A program made the position numbers and the translations under genes. The notes under the pieces were generated by a model. It saw nothing but the letters and a program-made list of their open reading frames with translations, was not told the origin of the DNA and did no database searches. 64,000 nt of DNA, from IMG/VR virus record IMGVR_UViG_2938905056_000003, positions 3,426 to 67,425 of that record; one strand, written 5' to 3'. This stretch comes from a virus (taxonomy: Duplodnaviria; Caudoviricetes). Each line of letters opens with the position of its first letter. Within the stretch, counting starts at the first letter, position 1. Shown one piece after another: positions 10,401 to 19,267 of the stretch.

Positions 10401-12954
10401 ATGCTTTTTGGCCGATTGAGTAAAAGAACGATCCGATTGCGCTGATGGCCGCATTAAATCCGCTTTGTATTGCGGTACCTATATTTATTGCCCCGGCTGC
10501 AAACCCGTTCCACATGGCCGGCCCTTTTTCGAGCAAGTACGCTGCTACGCGATCGACAGCCGCTACGATTCCATCAAAAGCTACCTTCGCGCCGTTATAT
10601 GCAACTAAGGCTCCGGCTTTGATTGCGTTAAAAACTACGCCGAGGAGTTTCTGTAGCTGTTCCGAGTGTTTGTATACGAGAACAAAAACGGTAACTAGTG
10701 CGGCTATGCCCGCTATTGTCAACGAAATTGGACTCGTTAAGGCCGCTAATATCGACGTAAATATTCCCATCATGCCGCCTGCCGCCGCAATCTGAACCGA
10801 CAAAAGCCCCCACGCGATTTGTAAAGAACCTAAACCGACAAGTGCGCCTCCTATTCCGGCTAGCAAAACGCCAAGAACGGTTACAACTCCTAGTATTGCC
10901 GCAGTCGCCGCTAGCGTGATAGCAACGAACTTCTGCATACCTGGCGATAGATTATTGAACGCATCAACGACCTTTTGAAGCACGGCAACTAACGCCGATA
11001 CGACCGGAGTTAAGGCTTTACCGATGTTAATCTGCGCTGTTTCGAATGCGCCCGAAAGCTCTTCGATCCGACCTTTAAGGTTATTCATCCGCTCAGCCGC
11101 AACATCGGCCGCTTTGATTTTTCCCATCGCTTTCGCCATGTCGTTAAATCCTTTAGAGCCCTCTTTTCCGAGGATCAACGCGCCACGGATTGCGTCAGAA
11201 CCGAATATTTTATACAGCGCTTCTTGCTTATCCTTCGCAGTCATGCCGTCAAGGGCTTTCGAAAGCTCTCCGGAGATTTCCGTCATACTTTTGATGTTCC
11301 CTTGCGCATCGAAAAATTTGTTATCCATTATGCCGAGTGCGTTAGACGCCTTAGAAAACGCCTTTTCGAAGCTGTCCGTTCCTTTCTTAAGTCCGGTGCT
11401 TTTTTCTACGTACTTGTCTAACGCATTGTATACGTCGCCGAGGTTCTTGCTTGCCGGCTTAAATCCTTCCTTAGAAAGGACATCGAACGCCTTATTCGTA
11501 TCCAACGTTACCAGACCGAGAGATTCCATCGTCGTATAAGCGCCTTCAGTCATCGGCACTAACCGACTAAGCATCGTTTTGAGTGACGTACCCGCATCTG
11601 ATCCCTTAAGACCATTCTGCGCGAAAACAGCGAGCGCTGTCGCCGTATCTTTAAACGTCAGCCCCATTCCGGCAGCGACTGCGGACGTCATCGATAAACC
11701 GTACTTCATTTCTTGAACGTCGGTTGCCGAAGAGTTGGCCGCCCCTGCCAGAATATCCGCCGCTTGCGCTACGCTGAGGTTGTCGTCCTTAAACGCGTTA
11801 AGCGCAGTCGAAGCGATTTCCGCCGCATCTGCCAATTCAAGACCGCCCGCCGTTGCTAACGATAGCGCTCCGGAAAGGCCGCCGTTTATAATGTCCTGCG
11901 TAGATACACCGGCTTTGACTAATTCTTCCATACCCTGCGCAGCCTCTAGCGCGCTGTATTTCGTATCAGCACCGAGTTTGACCGCCAGGTTCGTTAAAGC
12001 ATCGCTGTACTTATTCGCTTCTTCCGGATTCATAACCGATTTAACGTTCGACATTTGCTGTTCGAAGTCCATCGACTTTTTAGTCGCAAGGCCGAGCGCT
12101 CCGCCAACCGCTAAGGTAGCCGCGCCGAATGATGTCGCGATTTCCGAGCCGATCGACTGTAAATTTCCGCCGACCGTCCGAAGGTTTTCACCGCTTTCTT
12201 GGGCTTGCGTTCCCATGCGATGCCATGCGTTGGCTTGCTGATTAATTTGCGTCGTAGTCGATCTTAATTGCGCCTGCGTTTCGCGAAGCTGTGCGGTCGC
12301 TTCGTTCATACGAGCGCTAAGTTCCTGCGTTTCCTGTGCGTCCTCACCTTTTGCGCGTTTAGATTCGAGATATAAACGGCGAAGGTCTTTAAGGCGCTGC
12401 TGCTGAAGATCAATCGATTTGTTTAAGTGGTCGGCTTTCTGCCTCAGTTGGTCCGAGGTCGATCCGAAGTTATCAACGCCAGCCGTTGACGCTTTGAACG
12501 CAGCATCAAGCGCACGCATTTTCGTCGTGATCGTATTGACGCTCGCGTTTAGCTTAGCGCCTAGCTGTGCGAAACCTGTACTCTGTTCCTTAATCCGTTT
12601 GTTGACGAGATCGAGTTGGTCCTCGGTTTTCCTCATGGCCGCTAACGCTTTGTTGTACTGCGTTAGTAACTTAACGGAGGCAGCCGCATCTTTTCCTTTT
12701 GTCCGTACGCTTTCTTCGTACTGACGCTTAAGATCGGTTAGTTTCGCTTTGTGTACTTGTAGCGTCCGATTTAGTACGTTCGCTTTCTGATTAAGAGTAT
12801 CGAGACTATTATCGAATTTACCAGCGCCAGCCATAGTCGCCTTGAATTCGCTATTAAGCGCACCGAGCTTTCGGTTGATATCTGCAAGTCCTCGCGTTAG
12901 GTCTGCGCTTTCTAGTCCGATACTGACTCGCAATGAGCCGAGTGATTCCGCCAT
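7462..12954 (-). CDS. Tape measure protein with C-terminal lytic transglycosylase
   Basis: 1830 aa; TP901-type core (GLKGSDAGTSLKTML), amphipathic repeats, SLT motif ESGG..GLMQTI..NPVHNAVAAIRYI. Confidence 0.95.
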   Translation of the reverse strand: MAESLGSLRVSIGLESADLTRGLADINRKLGALNSEFKATMAGAGKFDNSLDTLNQKANVLNRTLQVHKAKLTDLKRQYEESVRTKGKDAAASVKLLTQYNKALAAMRKTEDQLDLVNKRIKEQSTGFAQLGAKLNASVNTITTKMRALDAAFKASTAGVDNFGSTSDQLRQKADHLNKSIDLQQQRLKDLRRLYLESKRAKGEDAQETQELSARMNEATAQLRETQAQLRSTTTQINQQANAWHRMGTQAQESGENLRTVGGNLQSIGSEIATSFGAATLAVGGALGLATKKSMDFEQQMSNVKSVMNPEEANKYSDALTNLAVKLGADTKYSALEAAQGMEELVKAGVSTQDIINGGLSGALSLATAGGLELADAAEIASTALNAFKDDNLSVAQAADILAGAANSSATDVQEMKYGLSMTSAVAAGMGLTFKDTATALAVFAQNGLKGSDAGTSLKTMLSRLVPMTEGAYTTMESLGLVTLDTNKAFDVLSKEGFKPASKNLGDVYNALDKYVEKSTGLKKGTDSFEKAFSKASNALGIMDNKFFDAQGNIKSMTEISGELSKALDGMTAKDKQEALYKIFGSDAIRGALILGKEGSKGFNDMAKAMGKIKAADVAAERMNNLKGRIEELSGAFETAQINIGKALTPVVSALVAVLQKVVDAFNNLSPGMQKFVAITLAATAAILGVVTVLGVLLAGIGGALVGLGSLQIAWGLLSVQIAAAGGMMGIFTSILAALTSPISLTIAGIAALVTVFVLVYKHSEQLQKLLGVVFNAIKAGALVAYNGAKVAFDGIVAAVDRVAAYLLEKGPAMWNGFAAGAINIGTAIQSGFNAAISAIGSFFYSIGQKASESFAQGIGAKVSEAAGIFFAQLKTAFSSVSGVISIVAPTITAFGLALMGVSGPIGFAITALVSLTGFLFRLYQSNEQFRNSVTTVWSQVTSVISSAITALQPVFDAFSQYFGQIAAELAPQFAETMNVMVTSLATLKPAFADLGAAIAELGPTFAQLGTTFVSLAGTLGVAFSDAVVQITPLIGELAGAFAQMLPGIISLVGGLVSVWAQVQGSMLQIITSIVTAVLPVLVQGFTSLLPIILNVVQAVFPVALSLIQAIAPIIQMIATEVLPILLSAVQAIFPAVLTIIQAALPIVVVIIKLLATVIKDLVTNVLPLVLKVVQAVFPVVLAIIQAAVPVIIAILKGVAIIIQNVVIPAIRFILQVVQIVFPVIVKVIQGALNIVTNVIKLFSSLLKGDWQGAWNAVLGILKSVWSIITSVIKGAVKLVLLVVKTAWNTIKSVTSTVFNAIKTVLKTIWSSIVSTVKNLAGKVASGAVSAWNSLWGNTKKIFNKIKDFAVNTFNKMVSNAKALPGKIGDGIKNMAGKAVSGVKALGNKMIGGFEGIVNGLTQKGINKVLGLIGVDKKHYIPKLEIPRYAKGTSAGGHPGGPAILGDGGGPELFRTPSGFTGLSPGRDTLFNLPKGTQVLPHNMTKKLIAQGIPAFKKGTKKKNLFEKGVDAVSGAKDTVVNVAKGAVNKVKEFAFDVWDYVSDPKKLVSKVVGSLGLKLPEISGVFGNMAKGAYEKVKSSMVGFVKKQIDDFGGGFGSGEKATGNVKQWIRKAMAITKVPSNWFGPLTTIAMKESGGRTGPSTINKWDINWKRGTPSMGLMQTIRTTFDSHKMKGMGDIMNPVHNAVAAIRYIISRYGTVFNTPGIKSMRAGGPYKGYKIGDIVTQKQLAWVAEEGPEAVIPLQNNRQRAIQLWKSTGDKLGVSHEGQSVALTAQLISLLEKQNAISSEQLNATKALGDKDTAVYLDGKALDIRSARIMNAKKFSKGVR

Positions 12955-12968
12955 GCTTTACCCCCTTT

Positions 12969-13205
12969 CTAAAAACCGAGTACCTGATCGATATAGACTT
13001 CCTGCTTCCCGCCGCTGGAATTGCTGCGCTTGTTTTTACCGCTATCGGAATATTGCATGAGCTCGAAGAACCAGCCGATGTCCATTTCGTCTAGGTAATA
13101 GATATCCTGCGGGCGTTCCATGCTGTCGAGATAAAGCTTTTTAATGTCGTGTTCGAGCTTTTCGAGGAAGTCTAAGGGGAAAAGGTACCCCGGCGTTAGT
13201 TTTTT
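12969..13205 (-). CDS. Tail assembly chaperone -1 frameshift extension (gpGT-like)
   Basis: A-AAA-AAC slippery site before stop; -1 frame reads KLTPGYLFPLDFLEKLEHDIKKLYL...YLDEMDIGWFFELM...VYIDQVLGF* ending at 12969. Confidence 0.8.
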   Translation of the reverse strand, partial: KKLTPGYLFPLDFLEKLEHDIKKLYLDSMERPQDIYYLDEMDIGWFFELMQYSDSGKNKRSNSSGGKQEVYIDQVLGF

Positions 13206-13534
13206 GCCGGAGTCTCCGCAGTGGCTTCGCCTTCACCTTTCGCAGCTTCTGACTGTTCAACACCTGCATTAACCGTTCCTACAACGCCTTGGATCGTATC
13301 GGAAATAGTTGAGATCATCTTTTCGGAAGAAATGCCGTCGTAGAATTCGTCAAGGGAGAACTGACCGTCATAAACGCGAACAACGTAATCAACGAGGTTA
13401 TCAAGATCGCCAACGTCCAGGTCGTCGAAGTTGCTTGTTTTCGAAAGTTTGATAGCTTCGCGAAGCATTCTTCCTTTAATGAATGGCGCGCTAAATACTT
13501 TTTCTTCACCGTTGATTAGTAATGTAATTTGCAT
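13196..13534 (-). CDS. Tail assembly chaperone (gpG-like)
   Basis: Between major tail and TMP; YVVRVYDGQFSLDEFYDG pattern. Confidence 0.85.
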   Translation of the reverse strand: MQITLLINGEEKVFSAPFIKGRMLREAIKLSKTSNFDDLDVGDLDNLVDYVVRVYDGQFSLDEFYDGISSEKMISTISDTIQGVVGTVNAGVEQSEAAKGEGEATAETPAKN

Positions 13535-13574
13535 ATAAACACTCTCCTAGTTTTTGTTTTTTAAGTAGTCAAAT

Positions 13575-13604
13575 AAAAAGAGAGCCGGCTTGCGCCGAAC
13601 TCTC
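13575..13604 (-). terminator. Terminator after major tail gene
   Basis: GAGAGTTCGGC-gcaa-GCCGGCTCTC-TTTTT. Confidence 0.7.
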
Positions 13605-13615
13605 CGTTGAATCTA

Positions 13616-14218
13616 TTAAGCTCCTGTATTTTCTTCCGGTGCAGGTGCAGACGTAGAAGGCTCGTAAACTTTCTTAAACCAATCGTTAATGACCGTCTGA
13701 TTAACGCCTTCACCTTTCGTGTAAACTGAACGTCCCCAAACGCCGTCAAATTCACGACGCATGAATGTTCCGGAAATTGAATCCGTCTGGAATTCCGGAC
13801 TATCCGTTTTAGTTGCGAATTCTTCTTCTTGAAGCTGGAATTTACCTTTATATAACGCGTAAAGTTTATCGCCGCCACCCGATACTTGCGACTTAAAGAG
13901 TAACGCACCATATGGCGCCAAGTCAGTGTCTTTCTTTTCGAGTACGCCGTCAGCGTTAATCGTGTGACCGAGCAATAACGCCTGGATATCGTGAGATAAT
14001 TGGTCAACACCGATTTCTACCTCAACGCCTCCGAAAGCTGTTTCGATTTCTGACGGGCCATCATCCGCGTTCAAAGTTTCGCTGTTTGTATTCGGTGAAA
14101 TAGATGCCTCGATTGCCTTACCGACCTTAACCGGCGTATCGTAAGTGGCGCCCGTAGCATCGTCCTTAATCAATTTCGCAAAGTAAAGATCGCGTAATCC
14201 CATGCGTGTTCCTGCCAA
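13616..14218 (-). CDS. Major tail protein (phi13-like family)
   Basis: GLRDLYFA, NADDGP, APYGALLF..LYKGKF motifs; synteny. Confidence 0.9.
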   Translation of the reverse strand: MAGTRMGLRDLYFAKLIKDDATGATYDTPVKVGKAIEASISPNTNSETLNADDGPSEIETAFGGVEVEIGVDQLSHDIQALLLGHTINADGVLEKKDTDLAPYGALLFKSQVSGGGDKLYALYKGKFQLQEEEFATKTDSPEFQTDSISGTFMRREFDGVWGRSVYTKGEGVNQTVINDWFKKVYEPSTSAPAPEENTGA

Positions 14219-14220
14219 AT

Positions 14221-14565
14221 TTATTCCTCCTCTGTATTTTGCGCATAATAAAAACGGAGCACCTTGTGGTAGATCTCCGTTTCGTTTTCGTATAGGTCGT
14301 ACTGCCCTAAGCGACCAAAGCCCGCGTCAACGAGCTGTTTCTTAACGCCGGTTTCTAGCCGTGCGTATTCGCTAGGGTCCTTCGTATAAATATCAACTTG
14401 AACGTAAAAGCCCGTCGCTTCCTCGGCATCTTCCGCATTGAGTGCGCTCTTTTCGTCGTAGAAGAAAAACCGGATATACGTTTCGTCCTCTCCGCGATAC
14501 TTCAGAAAAACAACGGGCACGCCCAACGGTTTAAGCGCCGAATTAACGATTGCCCGTGCACTCAT
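14221..14565 (-). CDS. Tail completion protein
   Basis: QVDIYTK..AGFGR..DLYE..YHKVLRF; synteny. Confidence 0.75.
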   Translation of the reverse strand: MSARAIVNSALKPLGVPVVFLKYRGEDETYIRFFFYDEKSALNAEDAEEATGFYVQVDIYTKDPSEYARLETGVKKQLVDAGFGRLGQYDLYENETEIYHKVLRFYYAQNTEEE

Positions 14566-14990
14566 CGCAATAACTCCCTTTCTAAATAGCGTCTAATTTC
14601 GCGCTGTGCTTCGTTCTTTTTCGCGTTGAAAGACGGCTCAATGAAAGGCATCGCTTGGTGTCCGGGGTGGTCGACTTCTCTTCCGTAAAACGTAGAACCA
14701 TCGCTCATGACCTTTTTGTTCTTCGCTTTCTCTAAGTGCGGACTGGTGCCGAACTCAGCGAATCGCGATATAAAGTCGAGGTCGCTCGGTCCAATTTCGA
14801 TAAGGTCGTTCTTAACGTCGCTGACTAGGATCTTGCTTTGTTCGCTAGGTTTTCTCGCTTCCATCTCGTCAAATACCGGTTTTGCGCCGGCTTCGAGAGC
14901 GCCTTTCTTAATGGATTGAGCTTCGCGCCCCAGCCGATTAAGCCGCGCCATTAGTTCGCGCATTCCTTTTACGTTTGATCTCGAACTCAC
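14562..14990 (-). CDS. HK97 gp10-family protein
   Basis: FAEFGTS and HPGHQAMPFIEPSF motifs. Confidence 0.85.
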   Translation of the reverse strand: MSSRSNVKGMRELMARLNRLGREAQSIKKGALEAGAKPVFDEMEARKPSEQSKILVSDVKNDLIEIGPSDLDFISRFAEFGTSPHLEKAKNKKVMSDGSTFYGREVDHPGHQAMPFIEPSFNAKKNEAQREIRRYLERELLR

Positions 14991-15328
14991 TTAACGTTGA
15001 CCTCCTCCCCGATAATCGTGAAGGTAACGTTCGCTTCGTTATCGTTGATGATGCTTTTGATCTCGAACTCGCGTCCGCCATATTTAACGCGCATCTTATT
15101 GTTGAGCAGCGAATTCATCCGCTTTGAGTACCGAATGATAAAACGGGTCGTTCTCTCGGCCTGAATCGTAGCCGCCGCGATATATTCCCGGCCCTGTAAC
15201 GTCTTTACTGCCGCCCATACCGTAGCGACTGGCGTCCAGCCGTCGATCTCAAACCCTTCGTCATTCGTTGTGTTTGCGTATTGTAAAAACGTGATTCGCT
15301 TGTTTAAACTTCCGATATTTACCGCCAT
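14987..15328 (-). CDS. Head closure protein (SPP1 gp16-like)
   Basis: GSLNKRITF..ATVWAAV..GREY..RFIIRY. Confidence 0.85.
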   Translation of the reverse strand: MAVNIGSLNKRITFLQYANTTNDEGFEIDGWTPVATVWAAVKTLQGREYIAAATIQAERTTRFIIRYSKRMNSLLNNKMRVKYGGREFEIKSIINDNEANVTFTIIGEEVNVK

Positions 15329-15332
15329 AGCC

Positions 15333-15572
15333 TCACCTCAATTGAAGGATCATACCGGCGATTTTTGTGCCGCTGTTGGCTGTCGTCCTATTTTCGTAGG
15401 CATCCGCGACAAAGATCAGCGCCGCCATTTTGTATAGGTCCGATTCGGTATCTTTTACGCCTGCGTTTTCCATGTGCTTGGCTGCTGCGGAAATAAAAAA
15501 GGAGACGAGGTTATCGTCCTCATCTCCGTCAATCCGCAAGTATTCTTTTGCTTCCTCAAGCGTAAGAGCCAT
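15333..15572 (-). CDS. Head-tail connector (gp6-like)
   Basis: LEEAKEYLRIDGDEDD..YENR..ILQLR. Confidence 0.85.
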   Translation of the reverse strand: MALTLEEAKEYLRIDGDEDDNLVSFFISAAAKHMENAGVKDTESDLYKMAALIFVADAYENRTTANSGTKIAGMILQLR

Positions 15573-15574
15573 CG

Positions 15575-16108
15575 TTATTCACCTGCCGGTGGTGTCGGTT
15601 CGTTAACGGTAATAGCAACCGTTGTCTTAACCGAAGGTTTAACCTTAGACGCGACTGTGATCGTCGTTGTACCGGCCGCTTTAGCCGTTACTAAGCCGGA
15701 GCTTGATACGGTTGCTGTTGCGGTGCTACTAGACGTATAGACCACGTTTTGGTCTGCGCCTGAAGGCGAAACTGTTGCGTTAATCTGGTACGTATCGCCG
15801 ACCGTTAAGGTCTTGGAAGATTCCGTTACGTTAACGCTTGTAGGTTCGGTCGCTAACGTTGTAACCGAAAGCTCGGCGCTAAGTGGTGACGGATCACCGA
15901 CGTTAGGAATTGCGCGAACCTGGTATTTATACGTAGTTAATTGCGTCAAGCCGCTGTCAGCAAACGATGTTCCTACGCGTGTTCCGATAGATACTCCGTC
16001 TCTATATACTTCGTATTCTTTGATGCCCCCATTAAAGGTTACGGCGTCCCAACTAAGGGACACCGATGTGTCTTTAGGAGTCGCCGTTAACCCTTGGGGC
16101 GCATTAGG
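15575..16108 (-). CDS. FN3 + Ig-like (Big_2) extension of major capsid via +1 frameshift
   Basis: Capsid ends CCC-TAA; +1 frame reads PNAPQGLTATPKDTSVSLSWDAV into ORF 15575..16063; no RBS before that ORF. Confidence 0.8.
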   Translation of the reverse strand, partial: PNAPQGLTATPKDTSVSLSWDAVTFNGGIKEYEVYRDGVSIGTRVGTSFADSGLTQLTTYKYQVRAIPNVGDPSPLSAELSVTTLATEPTSVNVTESSKTLTVGDTYQINATVSPSGADQNVVYTSSSTATATVSSSGLVTAKAAGTTTITVASKVKPSVKTTVAITVNEPTPPAGE

Positions 16109-17258
16109 GCGCAGTTACGACAGATGCGATACGGAAAGCAGATTTAAGTTTGATTTTGTGATCGAACCAAGCAGTCAGAACGAATAAGTTCTCGCCTGTG
16201 CTGATGTCTTTGTCGCTTTCGTAAGTGATCGCTGGATCGTAGTTAAAATGAGAGTAACGGAAGTCACCCACGATTGGTTTAACCGCAGCATCAGAGAATA
16301 CAACCGGCTTACCGATGATTTGCTCTGGCTGAGCGTTGTAAAGAGTTGCGCTGCCGTTCGCAAGAGTTTCGATCATTTCGAGGTAATCAGAGTAGCGCAT
16401 CATAACCTTTGCGTTATCGCGGAAGTCTTCTGCAAGATCGGCGATTGCCGCTTTGATTGCTTTATATGTGCTGTCCCCCTGAACTTCTTTAATTCCTGCA
16501 CCGTAGAATGACATTTCTTCTTCGCCAGTTTTCGGAGTCACAGCGAAAGAAACTTTCTTTTCTTTGGCAGCCAAACCGGATTGAAGCGCTCTCTCAACAG
16601 TAGAAACCAAGTCAGTATCAGTTGCAGCCAAAATAGTTTCAGAGATTTTAGCTTTAACTTTGAACTTGCGACGGCCGAAAGTAACGACTGAGCCTTCAAC
16701 TTCTAGTTCCTTAGCAGTCTGTGTATCTTGAATGAAGTCGTCATCATCTAAAGAAAAGTCCACTTTAGGGATCTCAAGATTTGTAACGTTAGTGTAAGTT
16801 GATACACTGCGTAGTGGGTTTGTTACAAAAGGCTCGTGTAAAAGCTCTTGTGAAACTGTTTTAGGAAGGAGTTTTTCGCCACCAGTTCCATTGTTGTCTC
16901 CTAAAACCGCTCTAACTTCTTGTGCAGGGACTTCTTTACGTACAGCTGCGCGAATGAATCCGGCTTTAGCAGAGATTTTTTGTACTTCAGGATCGTTACT
17001 GGATAGCCCCGCAGATACACCAGCTTTTGCTTTTTCTAAGCTCGCTTGGATTTTGGCTTTTTGCTCGCGCTCTAAAGAATCATGTTGGTTTTGAAGGATG
17101 TCCATACGCTCTTTAAGGTCATCTTTCTTCTGTTTAAGAGCTCTTACATCTTCGATAGAAGCGTTCGGATCAGCAGCTTTGTTCATAATTTCTTTTTCAA
17201 CTGCCGCCAATTGTGTACCTACTGTGCTTAAGTTAGCCTTCAGATCAAATAGTTCCAT
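16104..17258 (-). CDS. Major capsid protein, HK97 fold
   Basis: N-terminal coiled-coil delta domain, GGEKLLPKTVS, after protease gene. Confidence 0.9.
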   Translation of the reverse strand: MELFDLKANLSTVGTQLAAVEKEIMNKAADPNASIEDVRALKQKKDDLKERMDILQNQHDSLEREQKAKIQASLEKAKAGVSAGLSSNDPEVQKISAKAGFIRAAVRKEVPAQEVRAVLGDNNGTGGEKLLPKTVSQELLHEPFVTNPLRSVSTYTNVTNLEIPKVDFSLDDDDFIQDTQTAKELEVEGSVVTFGRRKFKVKAKISETILAATDTDLVSTVERALQSGLAAKEKKVSFAVTPKTGEEEMSFYGAGIKEVQGDSTYKAIKAAIADLAEDFRDNAKVMMRYSDYLEMIETLANGSATLYNAQPEQIIGKPVVFSDAAVKPIVGDFRYSHFNYDPAITYESDKDISTGENLFVLTAWFDHKIKLKSAFRIASVVTAP

Positions 17259-17995
17259 TAAATAATTCCCCCATTTTTGAGTTTTAGTAAGTTGGTTTGT
17301 GCTTCCGCGATTAATTGCTCGCGTTCCAGGCGCTCTTTTTCCGCCTGCTTTTCGTCTTCTTGCGTTTGATTAAGTAAAGCGTCCGGAGTATTCCGGTAAC
17401 TCGCGAATAACTTCGTATCTACCTTCGCAGCCACTTGCTTAGGCGCTTCGATGCTGTCGCAAAGCCCTAATTCGAGACATTCTTGCGCTGTAAGCCACGT
17501 TTCAGCGTCTAAAAGCGCGATTAAACGGTCGCGATCAAGCTTTTCGCCTGCTTTTCCGAGATAAGCCTCGATAAGACTTTCGCGAATACGGTCCATGTCA
17601 TCGGCTTGCTTGCGGAGTTCGTCCGCATTGCCCTGCGCTAACGTCCACGGGTTGTGAATCATCATCATCGCGTTTGCGGGCATAAAAATAGCGTCACCGG
17701 ACATTGCGATGACGCTTGCGATACTGGCCGCCAGCCCGTCGACGTAAACGTTAACGTGGGCTTTGTGCCGTTTTATGATGTTGTAGATCGAATTTCCTTC
17801 GAAAACGGACCCGCCAGGCGAGTTAATATAGATATTTAGCGTAGAAACGTCGCCAAGTTCGTCTAAATCCGCCTTAAAAGTCTGCGCTGTTACTTCGTCG
17901 CCCCAAAATTGAGCCGAACTAATTTCGCTGTAAATGTAAACTTCGCCAGCTTTAGCGTCATTCTTCGCCGCTTTGATTTCCCAGAACTTCTTTAT
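17258..17995 (-). CDS. ClpP-like prohead protease
   Basis: INSPGGSVFEG, GLAASIAS, MMIHNPW, ETWLTA; likely ATA start at 17995 behind AAGGAGGTGA. Confidence 0.9.
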   Translation of the reverse strand: MKKFWEIKAAKNDAKAGEVYIYSEISSAQFWGDEVTAQTFKADLDELGDVSTLNIYINSPGGSVFEGNSIYNIIKRHKAHVNVYVDGLAASIASVIAMSGDAIFMPANAMMMIHNPWTLAQGNADELRKQADDMDRIRESLIEAYLGKAGEKLDRDRLIALLDAETWLTAQECLELGLCDSIEAPKQVAAKVDTKLFASYRNTPDALLNQTQEDEKQAEKERLEREQLIAEAQTNLLKLKNGGII

Positions 17996-19256
17996 CGTCC
18001 TCACCTCCTTTCGAGTCTTCGTTATCATCTTCGTTAGTTTTTAATGTTGGAGGCGTTGGCGCGTCTGTGCTCGTAATTTTCTGCTGCGCGACTTGGTCGA
18101 TCGGGAATAAGTCCTTGCTCAAATAAAGCGTATCTCCGCCCTTTTCTGGCGGTAAATCCTCCCACGCTCGCACCTCATTCGGCTTAAACCAGCCGCTCCG
18201 GATGCCTTGTTGATAGAAATTACCGCGAGTCTGCATGTCTCCGCGCAATAACGCGTTCATACTGAACTTAAAATAATAGCCGGCCTTGCGTTCCTTTTCG
18301 GTCAGCAGCTTCCGGTTAAATTCCTTTTCGTATTGAGTTGCGATAGGCATCAGCGTGCCTTGTACATAATCGATGTAAAGTTGCTCCATGTTCGATACGC
18401 TGCCTTGCGTTTCGCCGAGCATATATAACGGAATGTTAAAAGCCTGCGCAACCCTTGAACGGGTCACTTTTTCGACCTCAAACGCCTTTGTATCGATGAA
18501 TTCCTTCTTTAAATCCTTAATTTCAACGCCAGGTTCTTGAATTAGAATGCCGCCATTGTTCGAATAGAAGTTCCGGAAGTTCTCTAACATCGCTGTTTTC
18601 CGATCATCATCGAGTTGGTTGGCGACATTGAGAATGAACGATATCTTGGCGCCGTCCATCTGTTCGAGACTGAACGTCCTTACATCGCGATCAAAGTCGA
18701 GCGCATTCCGCAGTACCTTTAAGGGCGAGATTCCTTTCAGTCCGTCAACGGATACATGCTTAACGTGAATGATATCCATGTTATGAACGAAATAATTTCC
18801 GTTATCACCGAATATCTCGTACCAGAGCTCGCGAGTCGATTCTTCAATGACCGGCTGCACTCTCGAAGGGTCTAAAACGTCCAATCCGATGACTTCATAA
18901 CGCATTCCATACCGTTTTAACGCGTATCCATTACCGAAAATATCCCGATGCGTCTCTAAAAGTCCGATCATTTCACCGGACGTCATGTTATGGTTCGGCG
19001 CGTACGTTAATAGTTCGGATGCCTGCGACTCGATTGGCTGATAGTTTTTGTACGCCTTGATCGGTAAGCTTGCCATCGTATTTGACAGCCGAGATACAGC
19101 CGAAAAGACTGTTTCGTTATCTGCCAGCGTTGTTTCTCCGTAGTTGCCGAAAATACTGGCGCGCGGAATAAACCAATGCGGTAGGTCCTTTTTTACGGCC
19201 GCCTTTGCTTCGGTTGCGCCTCCGAAAAAGCTTCGTACGTTGCTCCAAAAGCCCAT
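17958..19256 (-). CDS. Portal protein, HK97 family
   Basis: GNGYA, IIHVKH..GISPL, AFNIP, PNEVRAWEDLPP..GGD. Confidence 0.95.
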   Translation of the reverse strand: MGFWSNVRSFFGGATEAKAAVKKDLPHWFIPRASIFGNYGETTLADNETVFSAVSRLSNTMASLPIKAYKNYQPIESQASELLTYAPNHNMTSGEMIGLLETHRDIFGNGYALKRYGMRYEVIGLDVLDPSRVQPVIEESTRELWYEIFGDNGNYFVHNMDIIHVKHVSVDGLKGISPLKVLRNALDFDRDVRTFSLEQMDGAKISFILNVANQLDDDRKTAMLENFRNFYSNNGGILIQEPGVEIKDLKKEFIDTKAFEVEKVTRSRVAQAFNIPLYMLGETQGSVSNMEQLYIDYVQGTLMPIATQYEKEFNRKLLTEKERKAGYYFKFSMNALLRGDMQTRGNFYQQGIRSGWFKPNEVRAWEDLPPEKGGDTLYLSKDLFPIDQVAQQKITSTDAPTPPTLKTNEDDNEDSKGGEDDKEVLGNQSGEE

Positions 19257-19267
19257 TTTCTCACCTC

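Noticed and set aside
7708-13060. Many plus-strand ORFs antisense to the tape measure gene and other long genes
   Set aside because: No RBS or motifs; shadow ORFs of well-supported minus-strand genes.
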